From contig NW_019217807.1 in assembly GCF_002571385.2 (NCBI RefSeq), positions 211,596 through 275,595 on the forward strand: a stretch of 64,000 nucleotides of DNA. The letters run 5' to 3'. The notes under the pieces were generated by a model. That model saw nothing but the letters and a program-made list of their open reading frames with translations, ran no database searches and was not told the origin of the DNA. Shown one piece after another: positions 27,101-37,080 of the stretch. Each line of letters starts with the position of its first letter. Position 1 is the first letter of the stretch. Source of the DNA: Stylophora pistillata. Lineage: Eukaryota. A program made the translations under genes and the position numbers.

Positions 27101-29207
27101 TACAAGTTAATAGTTTCTTAATAAGTGCCTCTCCTTTAGACCCAGTAAACCCAAGTAAAAGCGCTATTCCCATTTCAATAGCCTTTTCACCCTGAAGATC
27201 TCCTCACTAATTCTCCTCACTGTCTGACATGTAATTCTTATGTATTTGGAGAGTTTGAAATTGGATCAAACAAAAATTCCCTTTCTATATTCTCATCACT
27301 TGTCTGCTTGATATTGTATTGATATTGAAAGGAGAAATTCTGTCTTGGTCACTCATGGGAGCTAAAGGGTTAGTGAATCAAAACCCTGATGACAATAAAG
27401 ATTGCAATCACCAGTAGTCTTGTGCTCATAACTAATTAGTCTCCTTTAGCTGGTGTGGGAATGAACAGTATTTGTAGAAACAGATCCATGGACTACCCCT
27501 ATTCCTAGGTAACATGCATCCTGGTTGTGGTCCATTGAAAGGGGCCCTATAACAAGAAGTCAGTTTTAATAGGTTGCCAGGGGTTTCAGTATCTTTTTCC
27601 ATAATCAACTGCTGTTGATGAAATTGGCGACAGGGTTGTAAGGCAAAACCTAAACATAAGGGCCAACTCACAGGCTAAAGAGACAGCAGTGAGAGGTCTA
27701 GCAGGCAGTGGCAGACTGCTGGCAACCAGCTTTTATTGGAATCATTGAATTACCAGACAAAAATGACCGTAAAGAGGCAGATATCATTCCATGCCTCCAT
27801 CCTCCTGTGGCACTGGTATATTTTGAATATGCCACATGTAGTGTCCAAGGCATTCTTTCTCATTCCCATTCTAAAAAAGTGGGGGAGTTTGAGCAAAGAG
27901 GGAGACATGCCAGGACATTGAGTAAAAGCTGGCAAAAATTTGGTTGTGGCTCTCTTTAACCCAATGCCCTCACAAGAGTGCAACCTGGCTGAAAGAGATA
28001 AACAGGCTATTTTCTGTGATAAGATTGCACCTGTTCATCTTGGTGAACACTCCTTTAACCCCTTCACTCCCACGATCTAATTAGTAATTCTCCTTACTGT
28101 CTGCCATACAGTTCTTATAATGCTAGTTTGGAGAATTTGGTATTGGATCAACTGATAATCCCCTGATTTTCTTTTTTTCCCTATAATTTCTCATTACTTG
28201 TCTGCTTGATACTGTATCAATATTGTAAGGAGAAATTATATCTTGATCACTCATGGGAGTTGAAGGGTTAAGGGAGTGTTATGGCAATCCGTTGTCATAT
28301 GATGTAGTCACTTCCAATGTGGATTACAATGGAACTGCAGAAATCATTTGGTATTAATGCGCTGGATTAATGTGAGCACATCTGCCCACCAATTTGATCA
28401 TAATTATGAGGTGAGCCAGTTAGCAACTTGTTTATACCTCTCAACACCTTTTGCTAATCAAGTTTAAGGTCAGCTGGGTGTCTGGTGGCTGATAGGCCAT
28501 AAGCAACAACCAATCACAGTGTGTATAATTTTATTCATTGCATACTATGAAATATATAGTGCCACTTGATTTCCCATCTGCAAGTTATCTCCAATAAGAT
28601 TCCCTATCGAAACATAATAACTCAGCTGCAAAGAGTATCTTATGCGATAAAACACGACTTCACTTGACAGTCAATTTTTGTTCTTAATTAAGCCATGGTT
28701 AGCCAGCTAATCTGTATGGTTATTAAATTACATTACAAGGTTGTTTATCTAACTCACCTCACTCCAATCAACCTGGGCATCAGGATTCAAAGCTATCTTC
28801 CTGAACAAAGCCTTCAGGTCTTGAGTACTCACATCGTCGCCAAAAAGATTACGAATTGCTTCGCACAATGGCTCGTAGCCTACAAAAACACAACAAATCA
28901 ACAGCAAATTGATTACTGCACGTTCATAAACAGAGCATGTAAGCTTTTAAACCTTCGAAATTTGACATGGATCTGACCTTTCTGCATTCCGCTTTCGCTA
29001 AAAAACAGCTCAAGTAAAAAATTGGTTTTTGAGATATATCATTTAATACGAACCGTTCGTTAAACGAGCTTGCAGGATCTGTTGTCGTTCTTCTGGATTC
29101 AGTTCTTCGTCGACATAAGTAAATTCTTCGATAAATTGCTCGAATAACGCCAACTTCATTCGAAAGCTTCCGACGGTATATGGCCGCGAGCTCTGACTAG
29201 AAAGCAT
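174..29207 (-). CDS. WDR64: WD repeat-containing protein 64-like, about 35 coding exons, about 1155 aa
   Basis: GT-AG exons chained by hand with consistent phase: 29054-29207, 28758-28879, 26465-26573, 25762-25868, 24311-24340, 23946-23999, 23065-23121, 22316-22424, 21786-21894, 21369-21411, 21133-21230, 19651-19730, 19030-19083, 18332-18417, 17327-17368, 16643-16727, 15958-16046, 15233-15292, 14930-15053, 14201-14370, 13065-13149, 12527-12603, 11822-11943, 11260-11388, 10131-10485, 9691-9796, 9050-9183, 7973-8085, 7298-7415, 4468-4562, 3560-3647, 3219-3299, 1073-1153, 820-870, 174-224. Peptides KKRRDVVQCIVHVPK, SWVTGCGFLPSLRRI, RKFHDDWVIK, KANVIITAGADKVIRVWHP, GHLFTIVDIAVNEKDQ, VFRVWDIQTLS, PLTRAIQDALQVPHTH, VWEMETG..HG.STEIT, WDFGSGQ and FFDSLSKPK match vertebrate WDR64 as I recall it. 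The last two exons are the least certain. Confidence 0.85.
293..411. repeat. foldback (palindromic) element next to a (TA)n microsatellite
   Basis: TCTTATTAACCAAG...GGGCCGTACTGG...TATCGGCCC pairs with GGGCCGATA...CCAGTACGGTCC...CTTGGTTAATAAGA. Confidence 0.7.
3006..3252. repeat. 123-bp tandem duplication overlapping the 3' end and donor site of a WDR64 exon
   Basis: Units start at 3006 and 3129 (gtaaactatgtcactatcaacagaatgtgc...). Confidence 0.9.
5171..5346. mobile_element. MITE with CAGGGCTCGACACTAAC-type TIRs (copy 1)
   Basis: cagcgctcgatactaac...gttagtgtcgagccctg. Homologous to the copies at 6022 and 26861. Confidence 0.8.
5401..5472 (-). tRNA. tRNA-iMet: initiator tRNA-Met (CAT), inside the WDR64 intron at 4563-7297
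   Basis: Reverse complement is AGCAGAGTGGCGCAGTGGAAGCGTGCTGGGCCCATAACCCAGAGGTCCGAGGATCAAAACCTCGCTCTGCTA. It has the A1:U72 pair, three G-C pairs in the anticodon stem, A54 in the T-loop and all stems paired. A TTTT Pol III terminator lies 5 nt downstream. Confidence 0.93.
5585..5800 (-). mobile_element. 250-bp-unit tRNA-like repeat, copy A
   Basis: Reverse complement of the copies at 10691 and 62676. Carries an A-box (TAGCTCAATTGG) and a B-box (GGTTCGAATCC). Confidence 0.8.
6022..6825. mobile_element. interrupted copy 2 of the same MITE, with nested inserts and an assembly gap
   Basis: Left part at 6022-6116 and right TIR part at about 6790-6825. The interior has a (GATA)n-tailed segment and N-gap 6424-6444. 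Confidence 0.65.
6117..6345 (-). mobile_element. probable 3' end of a LINE-type element nested in the MITE
   Basis: The MITE is cut abruptly by a (TATC)n tail and an AT-rich, 3'UTR-like segment. Family assignment is an inference. Confidence 0.35.
8318..8723. mobile_element. Tc1/mariner-like MITE
   Basis: TA|CAGTTGAACC...GGTTCGACTG|TA, with internal GTATTAAGCGG subterminal repeats. Confidence 0.75.
10691..10929 (+). mobile_element. 250-bp-unit tRNA-like repeat, copy B
   Basis: Contains GGCTTGTTAGCTCAATTGGTAGAGCGCTGCACTAGTATCGCAGAGGTCAGTGGTTCGAATCCCGTACAGGCC followed by a T-run and a hairpin-rich tail. Near-identical to 62707-62927. Confidence 0.85.
13560..13925. mobile_element. degenerate non-autonomous DNA element
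   Basis: The terminus ...gtcgtcgtggttttcttaaactccct and the opposite end cgccggcaacgccg resemble a common anthozoan dispersed repeat (recall). Confidence 0.4.
14582..14770 (+). mobile_element. degenerate tRNA-derived SINE
   Basis: GGCGGTGTGGCCGAGTGGT (A-box) and GTTCAAGCC (B-box), with a diverged body. Confidence 0.5.
16125..16622. repeat. degenerate (ACTG/ACTA)n microsatellite, interrupted by a repeat insert at about 16322-16484
   Basis: Visible tetranucleotide runs on both sides of the insert. Confidence 0.8.
16745..17175. mobile_element. two degenerate tRNA-derived repeat copies in divergent orientation
   Basis: ctctgtggctcagtggtagagc...ggttcaattcc at about 17052-17112 (+), and the complementary gctctatacctctgagccacaga at about 16827-16849 (-). 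Confidence 0.55.
17834..18102. mobile_element. PIF/Harbinger-like MITE
   Basis: 17-bp perfect TIR GGCTGCGTTCACACTTG/CAAGTGTGAACGCAGCC with 3-bp flanks TGA/TTA and internal CGGGCA repeats. Confidence 0.8.
18540..18960 (+). repeat. G/purine-rich degenerate tandem repeat (AGAGAGGGGGGCTTA-like, about 20-22 bp)
   Basis: Recurring agagagggggg / ggggctta units. Confidence 0.7.
19275..19477. mobile_element. piggyBac-like MITE, same family as 28059, opposite orientation
   Basis: catgagtgaccaagaaagaatttctccttacaacatcaatacaatatcaagcagacaagtgatgag is the reverse complement of the cores at about 27290-27360 and 28190-28255. Confidence 0.7.
24449..24890 (+). mobile_element. full-length tRNA-derived SINE (Nin/Deu-type core, LINE-like tail, (ATT)n end)
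   Basis: tRNA head with A and B boxes, a core GGACCAACACTCAGGGTCTTAAAAT...GGTCCCGTCT...TTAAAGAACCCAC, and a tail GTAAAGCGCC...GCTATATAAAT followed by (ATT)n. The core name is from recall. Confidence 0.75.
26861..27040. mobile_element. MITE copy 3 (CAGGG TIRs), possible 5-bp TSD GTTTC
   Basis: gtttc|cagggcttgacactaa...ttagtgttgagccctg|gtttc. Confidence 0.8.
27190..27369. mobile_element. piggyBac-like MITE, same family as 28059
   Basis: Aligns by eye with 28059-28267 and ends ...catgggagctaaagggtt. Confidence 0.7.
28059..28267. mobile_element. piggyBac-like MITE (TTAA target)
   Basis: TTAA|CCCCTTCACTCCCA...TGGGAGTTGAAGGG|TTAA. Related copies at about 19275-19477, 22040-22216, 25250-25457 and 27190-27369. 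Confidence 0.75.
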
Positions 29208-30617
29208 CTCCACGTTGGCGAGGTCTTCAGCTGTGTTTTCTCATTATTTCACTCCAGGTAACGAAAAAATGACAACATCGGCTTTGGGTTCCTTCGTAGT
29301 AACACCACCATGGCACAAACCTACGTTTAAAAGACTTATTACCACAGCAACACGACAAATTTCAAACAACCAATTAAAATTATTCTTTTGTTAAGAATAA
29401 AATAAACAGCCAATCACAGTGCTCTTTCAAAAAAGTAAATTCCGGCGGGAAAATAAACGACAGTGCTCAAATGTTCCAAGGTACGCTCGTGTAACAAAGT
29501 GTGAATTGCTTTGTTTGTTTTGGTTGTTTATCTCGATGCAAAGCAGTTTTGATGGGCAAAAAAGGTGTCAAACATTCATCACTGGTAACTATTTTATCAT
29601 GAAATACTAAGCTACTGTACGTTGGGTTTTGAAAGACCTCTAGCTTGTTTGAAGATGTCATAGATTTTATCGTGTCAATGAAAAATGCTTGCGGCTGTAC
29701 AAAGCAAAGACGAAATCGGACAATCGGCTTGATCACCCTCCCAAATTCAACACTGTTAAAGGACCTAAAAAATTTCACTTCCAAGGTTCATAGACATTTC
29801 ACTTTCTCCATTTGGTGTCGGCTGACAACAGGCGAACTCTCTCTAATCTCTTTAGGCGCCGAATGTTGGTTGGATATAATATAACTTTTTAGGCGCGAAT
29901 AGACCTATTATTCAAGAGGTTTCCATAAGTTAGTTCAAATTTATAATGAGTATCTTCTACTCCTGATAGATCCTAAGTTCATTTGTTTAAATACATCGTT
30001 CTAAGGCATCATTGTTTCATATTTTAACTGTCTCTGTAAACCATCTACAACTGAAGAGCTCGAGGTTACATGGCTGTCATAAATAGTGTACATCATTAAT
30101 CGTGCATGTAAGGGAAACCTTGATATGGACTGTTTCTGGTAACTGTGACACCCATAGAGAAGTAAGGGAAGGGGGGAAGTATGTGCCATTTAAAGGTAGG
30201 CTTGTCACAAAACCAACGGAATTTCGAGGTGTTGTTTGATCAAGTAACGCAACAACGGGTTAAAAGGAGGAGATGGGAGTGATCATCCTATATTTCTATT
30301 TTCAACCCTGATGGAACAACAACCATCCAGCAACAAGAAATTCGATTTATATAATCTCATGTTTAATTAGGTATTTGCCTCATCCTAAGGAAGGTCTCAG
30401 GAGAGCTCCAACAGAGTCTCCAGTTTCAGCAGTTCACCGATGTACAATGGATCACTTCTTATTGCACGGTATTACAGCCAACGATAGCATTTTTGAAGTT
30501 GGAAGTCTGCAATCCAAATAAGGGAGATGGGGAAAAATTGAAGAGGGAATTTCCTGTGTAATCATACACAGGAATATTTTATTACCTCAGGTACAGGTAG
30601 GATAAGTCAGCAATCAC

Positions 30618-30850
30618 GCCAAGTGGCTCATCAGACCGGACTTTTTCCCGATTTCTTTAGAAAGACGTAGATAGAATTAACCATTCGGGTTTCCCTGACA
30701 GTTCAGCGATACTCATTTATGTTCCTTAGTAGGGAGAAGCACTGTAAGAGTAAAGTATTTTGCTCACGAACACAACATGTTGACCCAGCCTGGCTTTGAA
30801 CGCGGACTTTTCGACCCGGAGTCCAATGCGCCAATTGTTAGGCCACCGCC
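30618..30850 (-). mobile_element. degenerate tRNA-derived SINE (CORE/MIR-like)
   Basis: The minus strand starts GCGGTGGCCTAA...GGACTCCGGGTCGAAAAGTCCGCGTTCAAAGCC...ATGTTGTGTTCGTGAGCAAAATACTTTACTCT. A related fragment is at about 11437-11500. Confidence 0.55.
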
Positions 30851-33800
30851 CTTTACACTCCTGATCCGGGGGAGGGAGGTTAAAAGAGCACGTATGATTG
30901 GATTTTTAAGCCTTCAATGTAATTAGCATTACAAATAAGAAAAGCAAAGACCTGCTTCTGGGAGAAGTGTTAGAAGATAAAGAGGAACTTGGGATGATAA
31001 ATGCACAATCGCATGATGCTGGTTGAAAGAGAGCTTTGGTCGGCAGAGACGGAAGGGCGTGGCTAAAGGCGATCAGTAGTCTGCCAATAAGCCTTATTAG
31101 CTCACATCCGGATGATAATGATGAGTACGATGAAAAAGATGATCATATTGATGGTGAGAAGGAAGTTCAGCAGTTGAACTTACTTTGAAGTTTTATGACA
31201 AAAGTCTTTTTCCGTGGGCCTGGAAGTAAAATATTTGGCCTAGTCTCCTGCTTAACCTTCTAGTCTTCTAACAGCCTATCTCCCTTGGCAAGTTTACCTT
31301 AACGGCCAGATTACCTTGCAAATGGTAGTCAGGAGAATTGAATTAGCGAGCCTTTCACACTCAGAACTCTTTTTCTTTGTTTTTTAATAACGCCGGTTTA
31401 TTTACCACGATTGTCATCGAGGATAACAGTGGAACAACAGAACTGTTTGAAAAGTAATTTGCCAGATCTCTTTCCGTTCAGTAGCTGTTAAGAGAGTTTG
31501 TTGTTAGACGCTTTCATCATTGTTGCAGGGGTAGAATTTTGTTTCCTTTTGATATGACAACACCACTGCAATTTTACGAATCAGAGATGAGTAATCGGCG
31601 AAGACTTTTATATTGCATGGGTAAGACGAGTTGTTGACAAAGCGTGGTTCTAGTAGTCAAAATCAAACAGGCTCAGTGCCTTCAAATTTCCCACAAGCCA
31701 ACTGGTGTTTAACATTTTATACAGTTAGCTTCAACAACTTAACGTTTTCTAGATGAAATGTATCATCTACAAGTCACGAACGACGCATGTTCCCAAATCG
31801 TAAGTGTGGCCAAACCAAACCCCACTTCCCTCATTTTCTAGAGTCGCGACCGTGCCAAAAGTACAATCTGCGCTTTGCAAGTCTTTTGAGGATAACTCTT
31901 TGCTCAATTTGGGCTTGCATTAGTGTCGCCCGTGCTCTAGCTCAGAGGCCATGATCGTGAGGTTGGGAACTAAAAAATTACACCAGTAGTCTGTCTAAGG
32001 AGTTGAACGATCTTCAGAATTTCCACAGTCTTTTGAGTTTTCTCTTTATCGAATAGCTCAAGTGCTCTTCGAAAAAACAAAATGAGCCTGTGAAAGAAAG
32101 AGTTTTTCTCATCACTGATTTTATCTTAATATCATCAAAACTACTGTCACTGAAAAATGTATCAATGCAATTTATTTTAAATACAATTATAATTGCACAT
32201 GATGTCAGGAGGTTTCTGATGATTTTTATGATACATGCACATACATATATGATTTTAAATAATTCACCAGGTGACAAAAAAGAACATAAAAAACTGAGAA
32301 CTTTCAACCAACCGAAACGTTAAAGTTGCCAATCTAATGTAAAGCTATTTTGCGTCATTTCTCTCCAAAAATAAGATATATTAGTAGTAAAAATCGCTTC
32401 AGGCCTAGAGCTTATATTTTCCAAAAAAAATTTAGCTGAAAGACAACATAATGTAAAGAAAGACCATCATAACACAGACTAGTTGCACGGCGCATTTATC
32501 ATCCACAGTGGATTCGAACTCTGCAAGAGAGTTATCCACTTTGTTTCTCATTTAACAAGTACATTCAATTGCGTTTATTATTATTATTTTTTTCTGTGAA
32601 GGGGGAGTGTTCAGCTGCTCAACCTTTTCCCACATTACAGTAATATCGTACATTCTTTCTAAGAAGATTGCTTTATAGCCTTGGTAATTGAACAAGGGCT
32701 CGGTAGACAATTTGTTCAGAGCACGACTTTATTTGGCTGAATAAACTGAAAGAATTCATCTGTGTCATCATCTCAAATTTTTTTCATTACCTGTAATTGT
32801 GTGATTTTGGTGACACGCCCTCCTGGATTGTGTTGTCAAAAATACATGTGCCTCATGTAATAGGCGGGAAATTAGCAGGTGTTCTCCTACGGTGTATCAC
32901 GTCTTTCATAGCACTCAACAAGGGAGAAATCAGGCAAACCTGCTGTGAGGAAGTTTTGATATTGGAAATTAGCTTAATATGAAATAAAAAAGTGAAAAGC
33001 AAGAATGCAGAGTTTTCGCACACAGGTTATTCTGTGTGAAAGGAAGTAATTAAGTCTGAAACTCCACAAGTTAATACAAGCCCATGTCTCGAGTAAGGTT
33101 TCAAACATCTTTGCCTTTCAAAATTAAGGAGCAAAAGAGTTCTGCTCAGCTCTTACTGCAGAACGCAGGGACCATGAATAGTTGCTTGTTTTTCCTTGAG
33201 CTGGTGGGCGGAAGAGAATAGTATTTCTTGTTTGGAATAGCCTTCATGTCATTTAATCAGAGGAAGTCTTTTGAAACTTGTTCCATAATTGTTATTGAGT
33301 TAAATTGATTTCTGGCGAGATCTAAGGTAGCAATCAGTAGGGGTTTGTTTCTGTTCCGGAGGAATTTCTTGCTTTAACAAAACAAATTTTATTTTTGTAA
33401 ACTGACTAACCTCTCTTGAGCTCAGTTTGGGAAAAAGTAGCAGAAACTTTCAAATATCATTACTAAGGGGATGAAGGCATGCCTAAGTTATATTTGGTCG
33501 CGTGTGTGAAAATGTGGCTCACCCTTTTAGATTAAAGACAACAGAGTAAGAGCCGTATTGATGGATACAGAAAAGACGCCAGAAAAAGGTGTTTGTGGTC
33601 ACTTCGGTAGCAATTTGTTTTGACTGAAAATGGAAAAAAAAGGTCAAGGGCAGTAGAGGGATGTTCTAGAATAAAAGGGAACAAAACGTGTTTGTTTACA
33701 GAACAGGAGAACTGCCATCGTTGTTTTTGATATTCAAACAGGTATCCCGCAGTGACATACCCAGATCTTACTTTTCCAAGTTCGAGCAAACTGCATTTGG

Positions 33801-36634
33801 AAAAAGCAGACACCATTTAAATGAAATGACACTCACTTTTTGAATAGAGAGAGGATAGAGAAGTTTAAACCATGAGTTTTGAATAATTTCTGAGGTTTTA
33901 CAGCAAGGCGTTATAATTAATTTGGTTGTTAATGGTTTATGGTCAACATGTTGGCATGCGCCATTTATCTATTTGATATCAACTGTTTTATCTATTTTCT
34001 GGCACCTTATTTGAGATAAGACTAACGAGTATAAGGAAAGACGATTCAGAAGAAAATCGTCATACTAAAATCGACATAGTACGTATCTTTAAGAGATTAA
34101 ATATGAGGACCTTAATGAAAAGAAACAACTTCAAATGCAAAGAAATTCAAAGAAATTGCACAAATAATGTATAGAAATGCATAAAAAAAGAATCTTGAAA
34201 TATTGCATTGACTGAAATAGATCGGAAGGCAGAGCTATGTTCGTGGCTTCAAACGCTCTACGTGCTATTTTGCTGGTATTATTTTGACGAGATGTACCCA
34301 GACTGTGGCGGTAGAAGTACCCTGAGTTTTTCCACCAAAATAGTGCGAGTCAAACAGTGGAATAATAGCATGAGATGTAGAGTAGATTACAAAAAGTGTA
34401 AAAGCACAGAGGGTGATAGGCTGTGTGCCAAAGTTTATCCTAGTTCGTAGAAAAGTCTATAATTGGCTTCCACCCGAGCAATGTCCTGGCGAGGACATGA
34501 AGACGTGGAAGACAAAGTTCAGACGAGCTAACTAACCTCTGCACTCAACAAAGTGCTTGTATCATTGTTTCACTCCAACGCAATACTCCTACGTTCTGAG
34601 ACAATAGAAACTATTAGCAAAAATGTTTCTAATACAATATTATAAAACAAGAAACTTAAGTAATTTTAGAAATTGTTGAATGGTGTTATGGTGAAAATCC
34701 TGCGGGATCTTTGTCGTGCCTGCGTGATGAAAGCCAAAAAAATCGCCTGTTGCTTCGTCTCCTAGAGCTGTGATAAGTTAACAAGATCCCTGTACCGAAC
34801 ATGTCACTGTTTATTGTAATGGACCAAACTTTCAAAATCCCTTCGGCAAAAATCGTACCGCTTATGTCAGAAGTCGACTTTACGAATCACCTTACTTCGT
34901 ATTAGCCATATCTTACTTCTTGTAAATCGCCATTTAGCACAATTGATCAATACTGATGCTAGGAGTCGTCAAAAAGTGCCTTAACAATAAAAGTTGTCAG
35001 TTTTTACCGCCTAAGAATTTCAGTCAAAAACGAAAGAAAGCCATTCCTTCAAACGATACAGGCTGCTACGTGAGTGGAATTTTATTCTCTCTGCCTACCA
35101 AGGTGGCAACCATTAGACGTTTTCAGTTAGTTTTGCGTTGAAGAATAGCAGAATGGAGTAACCCTTTGACAATTTGTGGCTAGGAGGTCACTCAGATGCC
35201 ATTATAGTTGTGCTAATCAAAGGTGGGTGGGGAAATGAGAACCTTAATTTTATGGTGGCGAAAGAGGATTTGCATTTTGTATGGCTTGCTGCGTGCAGTT
35301 CAGATATTCCACGTGTAAGTTAGAAATCTTTGGAAAACAATGAAGTAAATGACTATAAAAAAACTCATTCAAGTGAGATTGATTGAGAAAGGACTAGCTT
35401 ATGGTACCAGCTTCGTGTAACTATTTTATTTCCGACAAAAACCACCAGACAAACCTCAACCAACCTGACAAATTAATATTACTCTCGTAAGGAGAAAACC
35501 TAGTGTCTTGCATTCCTTTTTGTTCCTCTGGGCTTGAAAATTGGCTGAAAGGCCATCACAAAAGGATGTAACACTTTTAAACGAGGGATTTAGTAGAGAA
35601 CATTGTTTACTTCTTATGGGACTTGAGATGAACAGATGTCGCGATATCCAGAGGTTTTCCCCGGAATTTTGCCCACATGCAAACCATACAAATCTTCCTA
35701 GACAATAGAATAAGAAGAACCAAACTTAAAAATTAAATAAAAAGGATTGGAACATGTCGTGGCGATCAGAGCAGTTGTCTCTGAGGAATTAAATTTTCCC
35801 ACATGCCATCAGACTCACAAATCTCGGATGAACAGGTGTGACATCGTGATACCAGTGAAAATTTTTGTATGCTCGATTTCAGCGCACGAGGTACCATGTA
35901 GGAGGCCTTTCATTGTCTGAAAAGAATTCTTTGAACCAGGATGTAATATATAAACTTAAGGAGCTCTACGAAGTTTATCTTTATCATCTTTAACATAGAA
36001 TGTTTCTGAAGGCCCAAAATGTCAGTACCTTTCAAAATGACAAGGTTTCATATTTTCTCAAAACAGGTACGAGCGGATAACTTTGGCGAATCCAGGTCTA
36101 TTAGTCCTGTAGATAAGTGCGTTGATTTTAATAAAGTTTGCGCTATTGTTTGCTGTTTGTTCTTTGAAACTAGATTTGGTCCATAGTGGCTGTGCACCGG
36201 TTGGGAGATGAAAAACGCTTCGTTAAAAGCATCGTTTAATATTTCGTTAGAAACCAAACACGTCGACTTTCTGTGGAAAATATTTTGCATTTGTCATATG
36301 CTAAACAGAAAAAAAAAAAAAAAAGAACAGACGTAATGATTGTATGTCGGGATTCTGTAAAGGTATTTCTTGTTAAATGCTAAATAATGTGCTATCCAAG
36401 ATTCGGTAATGTAGTTTTCTTTATGATTTCTGGAAGTGAAACGGTTTAGAAGAGTGAAATTTTTGGTTTTCCTTTCAAACAATATTGAGTCAGCGATCGC
36501 TAAAACGATCTTTCATGTTTGATTGTACCTCTCTCCATCTTGTTTTTCCGGCCATTTGCTTAAGGCACCAACGCACGCGAATATTTTCGCATGGTCTTGA
36601 TACAACCATATTGACAATTTGGCACGATTCCTCG

Positions 36635-37080
36635 TCAAGACGAGTGATTAAAAGTAGACAGGAGAGGCAATAAGTTTTATTATTTTGAAGGCCCTTTTTT
36701 GAAAAAAGAGATTAGTGATTGCTTTAAATTCCTCGTTCGCCGCTTACCTTTTATAGCAGTCTTCTTGAAAGCGATCAGTCACATTTTCCGAAATTAGAGA
36801 GAGAAGGCACTAGGAAGGTCGATCTTAGTTTTCTTATCGAGCCTCAACTTATTTTCCAATTTTCTTTTCAAGACGAGTGGTTGAAAGTGGAGAACAGAAG
36901 CGATCATTTATCAATTTGAATAAGTGATTGCTTTAAATCTCGTTTTCGCCGCTCTCCCTTAAAAATCATTTAGAACTTGATCAGACAAATTTTTACAGAA
37001 ATAAAAATAAAACTATGGAAGGAGCCTGAGACAATAGGAGGCTCTTTGGTATTTCCTTATCAAGCCCTATTCTTTGCAAT
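36635..37080. repeat. old, diverged tandem duplication (about 233-bp period)
   Basis: tcaagacgagtg..., gtgattgctttaaat...tcgccgct and cttatc(g/a)agcc each occur twice in register. Confidence 0.6.

Noticed and set aside
30925-31190. Coding-looking acidic stretch (EVLEDKEE; DDNDEYDEKDD)
   Set aside because: Broken by stop codons, with no splice chain and no recognisable homology. At most a decayed fragment.
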